A stretch of DNA of 32,000 nt, from positions 570,001-602,000 of the forward strand of contig NC_020409.1 in the NCBI RefSeq assembly GCF_000341895.1, read 5' to 3'. This document shows positions 1 to 9,409 of this stretch, one piece after another; the first letter of the stretch is position 1; each line of letters starts with the position of its first letter. The position numbers were made by a program, and so were the translations under genes. The stretch comes from Pseudodesulfovibrio piezophilus C1TLV30. Its GTDB lineage: Bacteria > Desulfobacterota > Desulfovibrionia > Desulfovibrionales > Desulfovibrionaceae. Below the pieces are notes generated by a model. It saw nothing but the letters and a program-made list of their open reading frames with translations, ran no database searches and was not told the origin of the DNA.

Positions 1-2
1 CT

Positions 3-848
3 CCCTTTAAAAATGGCGAGATTGATGAACCTGCGTATCGAGAATTCATAGAGTGGCAAATAGAACAAGGTATTGATGGCTTGGTTCCATGTGGGACGAC
101 AGGAGAAGCCGCCACCATGACCCATGCTGAACAAGGTAAATTGATATCTATCTGTGTAGACCAAGTAAAAGGTCGTGTGCCGGTTATAGCAGGTGCCGGG
201 TCAAACAGTACAAAAGAAGCAATTGAACTTACCCTCTTGGCAAAGGCTGCAGGAGCCGACGCGACACTTCAAATTACTCCTTACTATAACAAACCAACCC
301 CTGAAGGGCTTGTGGAGCACTTCAAGGCAATTGCGTCTGCAGCTCCTTTTCCTATGGTCATCTACAATGTGCCTGGAAGAACGGGACTCAACCTGCTCCC
401 TGCCACACTCAAAAAGATAATAGATCAAGTTCCTGAAGCCATAGCCGTAAAAGAGGCCACTGGTGATATGAACCAGGCCGCACAAGTTATTGAAAAATGT
501 GGAAAAGAATTTCAGCTTTTATCCGGCGACGATTTTACGGTCTTACCATTATTGGCCGTTGGAGGCTGCGGAGTTATTTCCGTCATATCGAACATAATGC
601 CTAAGATGATGAGTGATATGTGCCATGCTTTTTTTGCTAAAGATTTTGGTAAAGCATTGGAGTGCAGTTTGAAAATGGCTCCGGTAAATAGGGCTATGTT
701 CATGGAAACGAACCCCATTCCAGTCAAGACATCTCTTAATATGATGGAACTTTTCCCAGCTGCTGAATTTCGATTGCCTATTTTACCACTGCAGGAAAAA
801 AACAGACCTAAATTGGAACAAGTTCTTAAAAAAGCCAAAGTTATCTAG
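3..848 (+). CDS. dapA: 4-hydroxy-tetrahydrodipicolinate synthase, 5' end cut by window edge
   Basis: Frame 3 is open from nt 3 (PFKNGEIDEPAYREFIEWQIEQGIDGLVPCGTTGE...), so the TTG at 81 in the ORF track is internal. DapA-type motifs are present: GTTGE, IYNVPGRTG, AVKEATG. The stop at 846-848 is followed by a hairpin plus T-run. Confidence 0.9.
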   Translation, partial: PFKNGEIDEPAYREFIEWQIEQGIDGLVPCGTTGEAATMTHAEQGKLISICVDQVKGRVPVIAGAGSNSTKEAIELTLLAKAAGADATLQITPYYNKPTPEGLVEHFKAIASAAPFPMVIYNVPGRTGLNLLPATLKKIIDQVPEAIAVKEATGDMNQAAQVIEKCGKEFQLLSGDDFTVLPLLAVGGCGVISVISNIMPKMMSDMCHAFFAKDFGKALECSLKMAPVNRAMFMETNPIPVKTSLNMMELFPAAEFRLPILPLQEKNRPKLEQVLKKAKVI

Positions 849-874
849 TTTTCTCTACAGATTAAAGATCGTCC

Positions 875-910
875 AAAACTCACTTCCGTTTAAACTGAAG
901 TGAGTTTTTT
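875..910 (+). terminator. Intrinsic terminator after dapA (A-run/T-run flanked, possibly bidirectional)
   Basis: ACTCACTTC (878-886) pairs with GAAGTGAGT (897-905) and is followed by TTTTT (906-910). An AAA run lies upstream. Confidence 0.6.
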
Positions 911-944
911 GCATTTAAATTCTTGATGTTAGATCCTCTCAATA

Positions 945-978
945 CAAAAATGCCCGGCGTGGACTATCCACACCGGGC
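945..978 (-). terminator. Intrinsic terminator after ppaC
   Basis: On the minus strand, GCCCGGTGTGG-atagt-CCACGCCGGGC (one mismatch) is followed by ATTTTT. It lies about 30 nt downstream of the ppaC stop. Confidence 0.55.
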
Positions 979-1009
979 GTACTTTGCGCTTCAATCAGTA
1001 GGTCGTTTA

Positions 1010-1930
1010 CTAGGCTTCGAAAGCCTTGATGAAGTTAGGTGCAACCTGCTTCTTACGGCTCATCACCCCTTCAAGGTAAACAGAAGTCCCATTGGGGGCA
1101 ATGCCAAAAGCCTTCTCGACAACGGCAGCATCATCAGATGCAATAAGCATCTCAGAGCCTTCTTTCATAATGTCAGTCAACAGCAAGAAAACTGAATGAC
1201 GTCCATCAGCTTTCACCTTCTCAATCTCAGCCTGAAGGGCCTCTTTGTGTGCATCCAGCATGGACAGATCAACAACTTCCAACTGACCAATACCAACTTT
1301 ATTTCCGGACATATCAAAGTCTTTGTAATCACGGAAGACCAGCTCTTCAGGAGAAGCACCATCAACCGCTGATTTGACTTTAAACATTTCCATGCCCAAA
1401 GCCATAACATCATCAACACCAGCAATCTTTGCCAAAGCTTCAACTGCGGCTTTGTCCTGATCAGTGCAAGTCACAGATTTGAACATGACAGTGTCACTCA
1501 AGATTGCACACAGAAGAATCCCAGCAACATTAGCCGGAATTTCAATATTATAAAAATCATACATGGATTTGATGACAGTTCCAGTACAGCCGACAGGCCA
1601 AACCCACATCTCGAGAGGATTCGAAGTCGTGACATCACCCAGTTTGTGATGATCAACTACAGCAATCAGTTCAGCTTTATCAAGATTATCAATAGTTTGA
1701 GAAATATCAGTGTGATCAACCAGAATAATCTGCTGATCTGTCGCATCGGTTACGATTTCAGGTGCAGCAAGACCAAACTTTTCGAGCACAAAAGCTGTCT
1801 CAGGGGCGATTTCCCCTTGGGAGATAGCCTTGGCCTCCTGGCCACGCTTAGAGAAAAGATCGGCGACAGCAATCGCAGAAGCAATAGTATCGGTGTCCGG
1901 GTTCTTGTGTCCAACAACCAAAATAGCCAT
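1010..1930 (-). CDS. ppaC: Manganese-dependent inorganic pyrophosphatase (family II, DHH/DHHA2)
   Basis: MAILVVGHKNPDTDTIASAIA..., VDHHKLGD (DHH motif) and a DHHA2-like C-terminus. The ATG at 1930 is preceded by AGGAGG. The 132-codon upstream extension in the ORF track overlaps the PTS IIC gene and is rejected. Confidence 0.9.
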   Translation of the reverse strand: MAILVVGHKNPDTDTIASAIAVADLFSKRGQEAKAISQGEIAPETAFVLEKFGLAAPEIVTDATDQQIILVDHTDISQTIDNLDKAELIAVVDHHKLGDVTTSNPLEMWVWPVGCTGTVIKSMYDFYNIEIPANVAGILLCAILSDTVMFKSVTCTDQDKAAVEALAKIAGVDDVMALGMEMFKVKSAVDGASPEELVFRDYKDFDMSGNKVGIGQLEVVDLSMLDAHKEALQAEIEKVKADGRHSVFLLLTDIMKEGSEMLIASDDAAVVEKAFGIAPNGTSVYLEGVMSRKKQVAPNFIKAFEA

Positions 1931-2025
1931 ATCTAAAATCCTCCTAATTAAATTAATCCTGTGATCAGGAATATTCGCCTTGAAATAGAATGTGCCAAAT
2001 ATCACAAACTGTGCAAGGTGCCAAG

Positions 2026-2700
2026 CTAAAAACGTCCATAAAGTACGAAAAGGGTAATTAAAATGACCCCGGTAGTTAAAACAGCATAGGCTCTTTTCAA
2101 ACGAAGAGCCATAAGCCCCCCCATGCTGGCAGCGATCCATAAATGCGGCCAGGTTATATCTATAGACGTGAGAAATGCTGGATAAAGAGTAAAAACAGTC
2201 TTGAATGTGAATTTTAGAACAAGTATCGCACAAAAAAACGCTCCCCAAGAAAGGAGCAAAGAACGGAGCACTGAACGCAAAATGAGTCTCGCTGGAAGAT
2301 CCTTTGTATTTGGCTTTCGAGCCCAATGAAGCAAGCTGTTATAACTTCCTCGTTCTTGTTCTCTAAACCATGCTTCAACACGCGTTCCAAGCAGAGCTAA
2401 GGGCATACTGGCAAAAAGAACACCCATTATTTTTGCGGGGTGTGTCAGGCCAAAAAAAGTAGAGAGAGAGAGAGCTGAAAAAGTCGCGGCGGTCAAATGT
2501 GGCGGAATAAATGTGCCTACGGGAATGAGATCAAGCCAGAAGAGTTCAAAAAAAATGGCAATATTAAAACTATTGACATAATTCCCGGTCAAGCAGCCCC
2601 AAAAAAGCCCTATAACCAAAGGACGTTCTAGAAGACCAACATTGAGCGAGACCCTAAAAAGAGAAAAGAAGGCAAAAAAAAAGCGACTTGTGCAAACCAA
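2026..2700 (-). CDS. PTS mannose/sorbose-family EIIC-like membrane component
   Basis: Polytopic membrane protein (LERPLVIGLFWGCLTG..., ELFWLDLIPVGTFIPP resembles the ManY-type IIC core). It sits immediately downstream of the IIA and IIB genes. The start is a TTG and is uncertain. Confidence 0.6.
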   Translation of the reverse strand: MVCTSRFFFAFFSLFRVSLNVGLLERPLVIGLFWGCLTGNYVNSFNIAIFFELFWLDLIPVGTFIPPHLTAATFSALSLSTFFGLTHPAKIMGVLFASMPLALLGTRVEAWFREQERGSYNSLLHWARKPNTKDLPARLILRSVLRSLLLSWGAFFCAILVLKFTFKTVFTLYPAFLTSIDITWPHLWIAASMGGLMALRLKRAYAVLTTGVILITLFVLYGRF

Positions 2701-2725
2701 AGGTAAGAATTGCTCTCGATCATGG

Positions 2726-3193
2726 CTAAAACCTCACCTGCACAGGATCGTTGGGGACACAACGAAAATCAAGAATGACTCCCCTTTTTGAAAGTTGTTT
2801 CAAACAACTTTCATCAGCATCGGAAAGCGCTACGCTTGGGGATATCTGTTTTTTCCCAGGGCTATAATGAACATTTCCAATATTAAGACTAGTATAGTCA
2901 AACCCAAAATCAAACGCTCTTTTGGCGTCTGAACAATTGGAAAAAAGAACAAGTATTGAAGAGATATTCCCCGCCTCAAGCATCCCTATCTCTTGAGCAA
3001 GATCCTCAATACTGATGAAAAGGCTTGAGACTGTTTGGGGTATAGCCAAGGACATGATTTCCTGTTGCAATGTATCACCAGCCAGTTCATCATTTGCAAC
3101 AATGACTACCTTTGCCCCTGTATAAGGAAGCCAAGTCTCAATGATTTGGCCGTGAATAAGTCTATTATCAATGCGAACAAGTGTCACGGCCAA
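2726..3193 (-). CDS. PTS mannose/sorbose-family EIIB component
   Basis: N-terminal RIDNRLIHGQ phospho-histidine motif typical of IIB-Man; about 155 aa. Confidence 0.85.
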   Translation of the reverse strand: MAVTLVRIDNRLIHGQIIETWLPYTGAKVVIVANDELAGDTLQQEIMSLAIPQTVSSLFISIEDLAQEIGMLEAGNISSILVLFSNCSDAKRAFDFGFDYTSLNIGNVHYSPGKKQISPSVALSDADESCLKQLSKRGVILDFRCVPNDPVQVRF

Positions 3194-3194
3194 C

Positions 3195-3635
3195 CTATTT
3201 CTTTGTTTTCTTCCGCAGCATGGCTCCTGCGACTTTTATGCCTTGTATTCCTGCAGCCTTAGCTTTTTCTGCAACAGCATCTATTTCCATCTTTCGAGAC
3301 TGCAACGTTGCAACAAGCATGGGCAAATTAACACCAGTAATAACTTCGAGATTCTCTGATTTCATGAGTGAAAGACTCATGGTTGTTGGAGACCCGCCAA
3401 AAAGATCTGTGAGTGCCACAACTCCTTTTCCTGTTTCAACAGATCGGATAGCTCTCCGGATTGAGTCCATTGTTTCATCAACCCCTAAATTCACGTCAAC
3501 TCCAACAGCCTGGCAATTCATTTGGGGGCCTAAAACAGTTATCGCAGCTTCAAGGAGCGTCTTACCAAACACTCCATGCGTGACAAGCACCACTCCGACT
3601 TCTGAAGTTCTCTTATTTCCAGATGTAGCAATCAT
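3195..3635 (-). CDS. PTS mannose-family EIIA component
   Basis: GVVLVTHG N-terminal phospho-His motif and DLFGGSP motif of EIIA-Man; 1-nt gap to the IIB start. Confidence 0.85.
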   Translation of the reverse strand: MIATSGNKRTSEVGVVLVTHGVFGKTLLEAAITVLGPQMNCQAVGVDVNLGVDETMDSIRRAIRSVETGKGVVALTDLFGGSPTTMSLSLMKSENLEVITGVNLPMLVATLQSRKMEIDAVAEKAKAAGIQGIKVAGAMLRKKTKK

Positions 3636-3637
3636 TT

Positions 3638-4519
3638 TTATCCCAGTTCCATGTGTCTATGTTCAATAGTCACTGCATATCCCTTTTTTTTCAAGGTCGC
3701 CAGCAATGACTCTGCCACGGAAACCGACCGATGCCGCCCTCCTGTGCAACCAAGAGAGAGCGTAATTCTATATCGTCCTTCATCGGCATAGAGAGGGAGC
3801 ATGTATGTTACAAAATCTTGAAATTTACTATTGAAATCGCTCCCGACTTGACTCTCAAGTACATAACTTTGAATAGACTTATCCAGCCCGGAAAGTGGTT
3901 TTAAGTTTTTATCGAAATATGGATTAGGCAAAAAACGCAAATCAAAAACGAAATCAGCTTCAGTGGGAACGCCATACTTAAAACCGAAAGAGATGATGTG
4001 AACACGCATACCCCGGCCAAGCTCTTCAATAGCTGTCCACTTTGTCTGCAAAACTCTTCTCAAATCATGCACAGAGTAGTCAGTTGTATCCAAAACGAGA
4101 TCAGCTTTGCTTCGAATAGGTTCAAGAAGACTTCGTTCTTTCTCCAAAGCTTTATCAAGGCCAAGGGATTGACTTTCCAAAGGGTGGAGCCGTCTGGTAG
4201 TGGCATATCGTCGAACAAGTTCCGGCTGTTTTGCCTCCAAGAAAAGAACTTGAGGAACAATTCCCATTGCAGCCAACTCTTTGAGCGCATGATTCCAACC
4301 ATCATTGAACTCAAGTTGCCGCATATCCATCCCAAGAGCCAACCCTCGGTATTTTGAATCCTGCTTTAAAATTAATTCAGCAATTTTAGCAGACATACTC
4401 GAAGGAAGCCCATCAATACAGAAAAAACCCAAATCTTCGAAGACCTTGAGTGCTGTACTTTTGCCGGAACCAGAAATACCTGTAACGACAACAACGGGAA
4501 AAGAATTGTGGGAAATCAA
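3638..4519 (-). CDS. rapZ: RNase adapter / nucleotide-binding protein RapZ (YhbJ)
   Basis: Walker A GISGSGKST near the N-terminus, C-terminal GCTGGRHRSV motif, and position after ptsN in the rpoN locus. TTG start in the ORF track. Confidence 0.9.
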   Translation of the reverse strand: MISHNSFPVVVVTGISGSGKSTALKVFEDLGFFCIDGLPSSMSAKIAELILKQDSKYRGLALGMDMRQLEFNDGWNHALKELAAMGIVPQVLFLEAKQPELVRRYATTRRLHPLESQSLGLDKALEKERSLLEPIRSKADLVLDTTDYSVHDLRRVLQTKWTAIEELGRGMRVHIISFGFKYGVPTEADFVFDLRFLPNPYFDKNLKPLSGLDKSIQSYVLESQVGSDFNSKFQDFVTYMLPLYADEGRYRITLSLGCTGGRHRSVSVAESLLATLKKKGYAVTIEHRHMELG

Positions 4520-4538
4520 GAAATCATCCTAAAAGACC

Positions 4539-4988
4539 TTAAACATCTTGGAGAAGTTGCCATAACTCATCATGAGATTCAGTCTCAATAAAACGTTTTC
4601 GAAAAGCCTCATCCTTAAGAATGCGTGAGATTTGGGCCAATATACGAAGGTGCATACCAGCACTATTCTCAGGTGCAAGAACAAGGAAAAAGATTGAGCA
4701 TGGCTTATGATCAAGGGCTTCAAATTCGACCCCTTGGAGACTTCGTCCCACAGCGATAACAACCTTCTCGATATTTTCAAGTTTGCCGTGAGGAATGGCT
4801 ATCCCGTCACCAATGCCGGTTGTTCCCAGGCTCTCACGTTCAAGAAGGACACGAACCGCTTGGTCCGTGTCCATCTCAGGATATGCTTCGCCAATAGGGG
4901 CGAGAAGTTCTGTCAAAGCCTCAGATTTTGTATCAGAGGCGAGATTGAAAAGAACGAAATTCTTTTCTAAATAATCACCGAGTTTCAT
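4539..4988 (-). CDS. ptsN: Nitrogen-regulatory PTS EIIA-Ntr
   Basis: EIIA-2 fold with GIAIPHG phospho-His motif; conserved position between hpf and rapZ. Confidence 0.85.
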   Translation of the reverse strand: MKLGDYLEKNFVLFNLASDTKSEALTELLAPIGEAYPEMDTDQAVRVLLERESLGTTGIGDGIAIPHGKLENIEKVVIAVGRSLQGVEFEALDHKPCSIFFLVLAPENSAGMHLRILAQISRILKDEAFRKRFIETESHDELWQLLQDV

Positions 4989-4991
4989 AAT

Positions 4992-5531
4992 TTAATTACC
5001 AGGGTCGATTAATCCGTAATCGCCATTCTTTCGCTTATAAATTACATTAACATCCTCAGTTTCCGCATTCAGAAAAACGAGGAATTCATTATCAAACGTG
5101 TTTAATTGCTCCGCAGCCTCATCTATTGACATTGGCTTTGCTTCGTAACTATCAGTGCCAACAATTGTAGGTATATGTTCTCCTGTCACATCGTCATATG
5201 AAAAGAAGTTCATTTGAACCTTATTGCCACGAGCCTGCTTGCTTCTATTCTTGACCTTTTCACGCATTCTACGCAGTTGAGCCTCAAGCTTATCCAAAAC
5301 CATGTCAATGGTAGAATACATATCTTCTGAATCTTCATATGCAGAGATATGAATGTTGTCAGCATTCAAAATAACATCAGCCTTGTGCCGAAACTTTTCT
5401 ACTAAAAGATTGACTTGGAGATCTGCTTCGGAGTCGGGAACGAACTTACCTATCTTTTCAAATCTCTTTTGTGCATAACCCTTCAAATGGTCAGACGGCT
5501 CAAAATTCTTGAAAGTGAAGCTTATGTTCAT
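4992..5531 (-). CDS. hpf: Ribosome hibernation promoting factor (long form)
   Basis: S30AE/YfiA-type N-domain (MNISFTFKNFEPSDHLKGYAQKRFEKI...) plus a C-terminal dimerisation domain (FLVFLNAETEDVNVIYKRKNGDYGLI); directly downstream of rpoN. Confidence 0.9.
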   Translation of the reverse strand: MNISFTFKNFEPSDHLKGYAQKRFEKIGKFVPDSEADLQVNLLVEKFRHKADVILNADNIHISAYEDSEDMYSTIDMVLDKLEAQLRRMREKVKNRSKQARGNKVQMNFFSYDDVTGEHIPTIVGTDSYEAKPMSIDEAAEQLNTFDNEFLVFLNAETEDVNVIYKRKNGDYGLIDPGN

Positions 5532-5568
5532 ACACTACCTCCTGTTCAAAAGGTGAAAGAAACTGAAC

Positions 5569-6975
5569 TTAGAAATATTGTTTACGCTTTGAAGAAGATG
5601 CAATTCCCATTGCTGAACGGTACTTGGCAACAGTACGTCGAGCTATATTAACATCAAGCTCATCCTTAAGAATTTCACCAATTTTTTCATCACTTAACGG
5701 TCTTTTAGTATCTTCGTTCGCTATCATTTTTTTGATGAGTGCCTTAACACTTTCTGAACCGACTTGCGAACCATCATTCAAATCCAATGCGCTGTTGAAG
5801 AAAAATTTCAACTCAAAGATACCATGAGGAGTCGAAACATATTTACTTGTGGTAATCCGACTCACGGTGGATTCATGCATTTCGATATCTTCAGCAACTT
5901 CCTTAAGAATTAAAGGCCTGAGTTTTGTAACTCCTTCTTCAAAAAAACCTCTTTGAAATCGTACGATGCTGTCGACTACTTTATACAACGTTCTCTGCCT
6001 CTGGTACAGACTTTTCATCAACCACGCGGCAGAACGCATCTTTTCCTGAAAATAATCTTTTTCCTTATCCGCAACATCCCGCATAGTGTCCATGTAAAAT
6101 GAATTCATCTGCAATCGAGGCATCCCATCCTCATTAAGGATAATCACAAATTCATCACCGTACTTGTATACAAAGACATCAGGACTTACATAGTGAGGTT
6201 CTGTACTGGAAAAATTGGTCCCAGGCATAGGATCCAACGTCTGCATTAAATCAAGATAACTCTTGAGGTCTTCCATGGAAATTTTAAATTTCCTAGCTAA
6301 GGGCTTATAACGGTTTTTTTCGAGATCTTCCAGATGGTCCTTAACCAAGGAGAACAGAATAGGATCATCAAGCCCTAAAACATCCATTTGCACGAGAAGA
6401 CATTCTTGTGGCGTTCGAGCAGCCACACCAACAGGGTCCAACCGCTGGAGTCGCAAAATCACAGCTTCAATTTCTTCATCCGAAGCATCGACCATGCTCA
6501 TAATTTCTTCATTAGTGGCCTGAAGATAGCCATTATGGTCAAGATTACCGATAATGATTTCACCGATAGCAATTTCTGATTCTGAGAAATTAGACAATCT
6601 CATTTGCCAGCTCATATGCCCATCCAGTGAGGGTTTTGAGGCAAGCCGAGCCTCAAAAGAAAGTCCTTCTTCAGGTACCTCGGAATCACGTGCCGACGCC
6701 TGCTTAGAAGTACTTGAGAATTCTCCCAAATAATTTTCCCAATCAGCTGTCCGCACAAGCTCTTCTTCTGCTTGAGATTCAGTTAACTCCTCTTTCTCTC
6801 GGATTTCTGTCTCAATTTCTGTTTCTTCCAGAAAAGGGTTTTCCAGAAGTTCCTGTTGAACAGTTTCCAAAAGCTCAAGGCGAGAAAGTTGCAACAGCTT
6901 TATGGCCTGCTGCAACTGGGGAGTCATGACCAGTTGCTGAGAAAGCTTGAGTTGTTGTCTGAGTTCAAGTCCCAT
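5569..6975 (-). CDS. rpoN: RNA polymerase sigma-54 factor
   Basis: Gln/Leu-rich region I (LELRQQLKLSQQLVMTPQLQQAIKLLQLS), an acidic region II, and the C-terminal RpoN box ARRTVAKYR. Confidence 0.95.
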   Translation of the reverse strand: MGLELRQQLKLSQQLVMTPQLQQAIKLLQLSRLELLETVQQELLENPFLEETEIETEIREKEELTESQAEEELVRTADWENYLGEFSSTSKQASARDSEVPEEGLSFEARLASKPSLDGHMSWQMRLSNFSESEIAIGEIIIGNLDHNGYLQATNEEIMSMVDASDEEIEAVILRLQRLDPVGVAARTPQECLLVQMDVLGLDDPILFSLVKDHLEDLEKNRYKPLARKFKISMEDLKSYLDLMQTLDPMPGTNFSSTEPHYVSPDVFVYKYGDEFVIILNEDGMPRLQMNSFYMDTMRDVADKEKDYFQEKMRSAAWLMKSLYQRQRTLYKVVDSIVRFQRGFFEEGVTKLRPLILKEVAEDIEMHESTVSRITTSKYVSTPHGIFELKFFFNSALDLNDGSQVGSESVKALIKKMIANEDTKRPLSDEKIGEILKDELDVNIARRTVAKYRSAMGIASSSKRKQYF

Positions 6976-7217
6976 ATTATGAAGCCTTAAAGACTAAACA
7001 AGATCTATATTTCAAGTTATATTCTTCTACATTAATAGTTTTTTTACTACATCTCGCTGCTACTATGCCACAGCGAAAATCTGTAAGCAAGCCATTCCTT
7101 GAGTAATATATTGTAACTATTGGATTAATGAGAAAGAGAAAATGATATGAAAGAAGTGTACCAATGTTTACGGTATGTGTAAATCATCAATGAGTTGAAA
7201 GGCACAAAAAAAAGAAA

Positions 7218-7943
7218 TCAAAGACGAAAATCCTCACCGAGATAGATTTGACGAGCTCGACTGTCTTGCACGATAATATCTGGAGTCCCTTCGAGAATAA
7301 CAGTCCCCTCGTAGACAAGATATGCTCTATCACAAATATTCAATGTTTCTCTAACATTATGATCAGAAATAAGAATCCCTATCCCCATGCTTTTCAGAAC
7401 GGAAATGATATCCTGAATATCAATAACAGCAATAGGGTCAACACCGGCAAAAGGCTCATCCAACAAAATAAATTTCGGATCCATTATGAGCGCTCTTGCA
7501 ATTTCCAAGCGACGTCTTTCCCCTCCTGAAAGAAACATGGCTGCTTGATCCGCAAGTTTGCTGATAGTGAACATCTCCATCAACTCTTCAGCTCTTTTTT
7601 TCTGAGCCTTGGAACTCAAAGACGTCTGTTCAAGTATTATTTCGAGATTCTGACGAACTGATAGTTTTTTAAAAATAGAATTTTCCTGAGGAAGATAACT
7701 CACCCCAAGCCGAGCCCGCTCATGCAAAGGTTTATTCGTCAGAGCTTTCCCCGACAAAGAAACCTGCCCAGTATTTGGCTTAACAATCCCAACAAGCATA
7801 TAAAAAGTAGTTGTTTTACCTGCACCATTTGGCCCAAGCAATCCAACGACTTCTTGTGGATTCAGTTCCAGATTTATGCCGTGTACAACTTCCTTTTGGC
7901 CGTACCTTTTGGACAGATTTGTTGCTATCAAACCATCAGACAT
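7218..7943 (-). CDS. lptB: LPS export ABC transporter ATPase
   Basis: Walker A GPNGAGKTT, signature LSGGERRR, Walker B ILLDEP. The ATG overlaps the lptA-like stop (TAATG). Confidence 0.95.
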   Translation of the reverse strand: MSDGLIATNLSKRYGQKEVVHGINLELNPQEVVGLLGPNGAGKTTTFYMLVGIVKPNTGQVSLSGKALTNKPLHERARLGVSYLPQENSIFKKLSVRQNLEIILEQTSLSSKAQKKRAEELMEMFTISKLADQAAMFLSGGERRRLEIARALIMDPKFILLDEPFAGVDPIAVIDIQDIISVLKSMGIGILISDHNVRETLNICDRAYLVYEGTVILEGTPDIIVQDSRARQIYLGEDFRL

Positions 7944-8797
7944 TATTGCACCTTGACACTGTCAGGGGTCATAAAAACAGCCTGTACTCTCTTGCCATTT
8001 CCACCAACAACCTCACTTCGATTTTCCTTGGCGTAAAAATTAATGACGTCACCTGTTAAACTGTTAGGACCATCCTGTAATTGAGGATTATCTTCCATCC
8101 GAAGCACTTGACGACTGACAAAATAAATCAACTTGCCACATGATCCTCGTGAACGCCCTTTTTGGGCTTTCACACTCCCTTCTGCTACGATTTTATCAAT
8201 ACTGTCAGCCGAAAATTTTTTATCAGAGCTCGAAGCAAGGTATGCAGACAATTTATGGGCCCAAAGAGTTAAATCACCATGTTCAGCAACGACATTTCCA
8301 ACAAAAGAAACCATCTTCCCACTCTCATCATAAATCATGCGTTCTGAAGATATCTTGATAGGAACTCTTCCCGGAGTGACACCAAATGCACTTGGTGAAA
8401 AAGGAGCTTCTGCTTGAACGTCGGCCTTGACTTCACCTTCCCCACTGGGAGGTAAAGGTATTGAAGAAACTACGATATCTTTCTCATTTTCCTGCTTCAT
8501 CTGGGCCGGTGCCAAAAAACGCATATGAGAATATCCAAGAGCATCCTTCTCGTCATGTGCGGTGGCATTGAGGTCGAAGACGGCCCCCCAATTCCCTTCA
8601 ACAAAATCAACTTTGACTTTCTGTCCTTTTAACAAGGTGACTCTGTGTTTACTCTGAGCAGTTCTCTTGGCTCGAACATTCAAATTCTGAGTGGCTTCAC
8701 GGATTTCCCCCCACCCATCGGCGTAAACCGAAGATGCAGCAACCATGATGCAGACACAAAAAATTATGGAGAGGGAAATACGTTTCATAGAAAACAC
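7943..8797 (-). CDS. LptA/OstA-family periplasmic protein with N-terminal SH3b-like extension
   Basis: Signal peptide (…AASSVYA), then an SH3b-like segment (NLNVRAKRTAQSKHRVTLLKGQKVKVDFVEGNWGAV), a linker, and an OstA-like C-terminal half. It lies between lptC and lptB. The start is GTG 8797 or ATG 8788. Confidence 0.7.
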   Translation of the reverse strand: MFSMKRISLSIIFCVCIMVAASSVYADGWGEIREATQNLNVRAKRTAQSKHRVTLLKGQKVKVDFVEGNWGAVFDLNATAHDEKDALGYSHMRFLAPAQMKQENEKDIVVSSIPLPPSGEGEVKADVQAEAPFSPSAFGVTPGRVPIKISSERMIYDESGKMVSFVGNVVAEHGDLTLWAHKLSAYLASSSDKKFSADSIDKIVAEGSVKAQKGRSRGSCGKLIYFVSRQVLRMEDNPQLQDGPNSLTGDVINFYAKENRSEVVGGNGKRVQAVFMTPDSVKVQ

Positions 8798-8806
8798 ACC
8801 ATATCT

Positions 8807-9409
8807 CTATTTATTAAGGGACATACCACTATATTTTTGGGGAGAGAATAAGGCCTCGACCCCGCCAGCTGCGATGAGTTCGCGACTAATCAGATCAATT
8901 TCAACGGCTGCACCAGTCAATGTCATATCAGGTCTACGAACAATGACGCCACCTTTAAGGTAGACCTTATGCATGGCACCAACATAATCGAGATGTTGAG
9001 CAAGCAATTCAATATCACCAAACCGGCCCGTCACATTATCATATAAGGTCAGATTATCATTGGATTGATCAACATCGCCAAGATCAGCCTTGACATAGAC
9101 TTCTTGTCGATCTTCGCCATAAAAAGCTGTCAATTGGGGATGCTCAACGCCAATGAGTTTTCTTTCCTGATTGTACTGAGCTTTTTTTGCAAGCAACTTC
9201 CACGTCATAGCCCCCTGCTTTCCTTGGACCAGTTCTATATCTTGCGCTACAATATCTGATTGATCCAAAATTTCATCTCGACTGCCACCTCCCGAAGCTT
9301 TTTCTGGAGTGACAAGAATATCGGTGAAAAAAGTCTCCTTGATAGCTATCCCCAAGAGCAAACCAAGAGCAAAAATGAGTATAAAGAAAAGCGCAGAACG
9401 CCTTTTCAT
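8807..9409 (-). CDS. lptC: LPS export system protein LptC
   Basis: A single N-terminal membrane anchor (ALFFILIFALGLLLGIAI) plus an ~170-aa periplasmic domain. It holds the conserved kdsC-lptC-lptA-lptB position. Confidence 0.7.
   Translation of the reverse strand: MKRRSALFFILIFALGLLLGIAIKETFFTDILVTPEKASGGGSRDEILDQSDIVAQDIELVQGKQGAMTWKLLAKKAQYNQERKLIGVEHPQLTAFYGEDRQEVYVKADLGDVDQSNDNLTLYDNVTGRFGDIELLAQHLDYVGAMHKVYLKGGVIVRRPDMTLTGAAVEIDLISRELIAAGGVEALFSPQKYSGMSLNK

Noticed and set aside
1931-2326. A 132-codon N-terminal extension makes the ppaC ORF 438 aa in the track.
   Set aside because: It overlaps the PTS IIC gene in another frame and has non-protein-like composition. A strong AGGAGG SD plus ATG at 1930 gives a canonical 306-aa family II pyrophosphatase.
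7056-7070. Sigma-54-like -24/-12 element (minus strand TGGCAT-N5-CAGC) in the unusually long 242-nt AT-rich lptB-rpoN spacer.
   Set aside because: The GG/GC spacing is right, but the -12 TTGC is degenerate. The motif is also part of a simple 6-bp hairpin (TCGCTG/CAGCGA). That is not enough to call a promoter.
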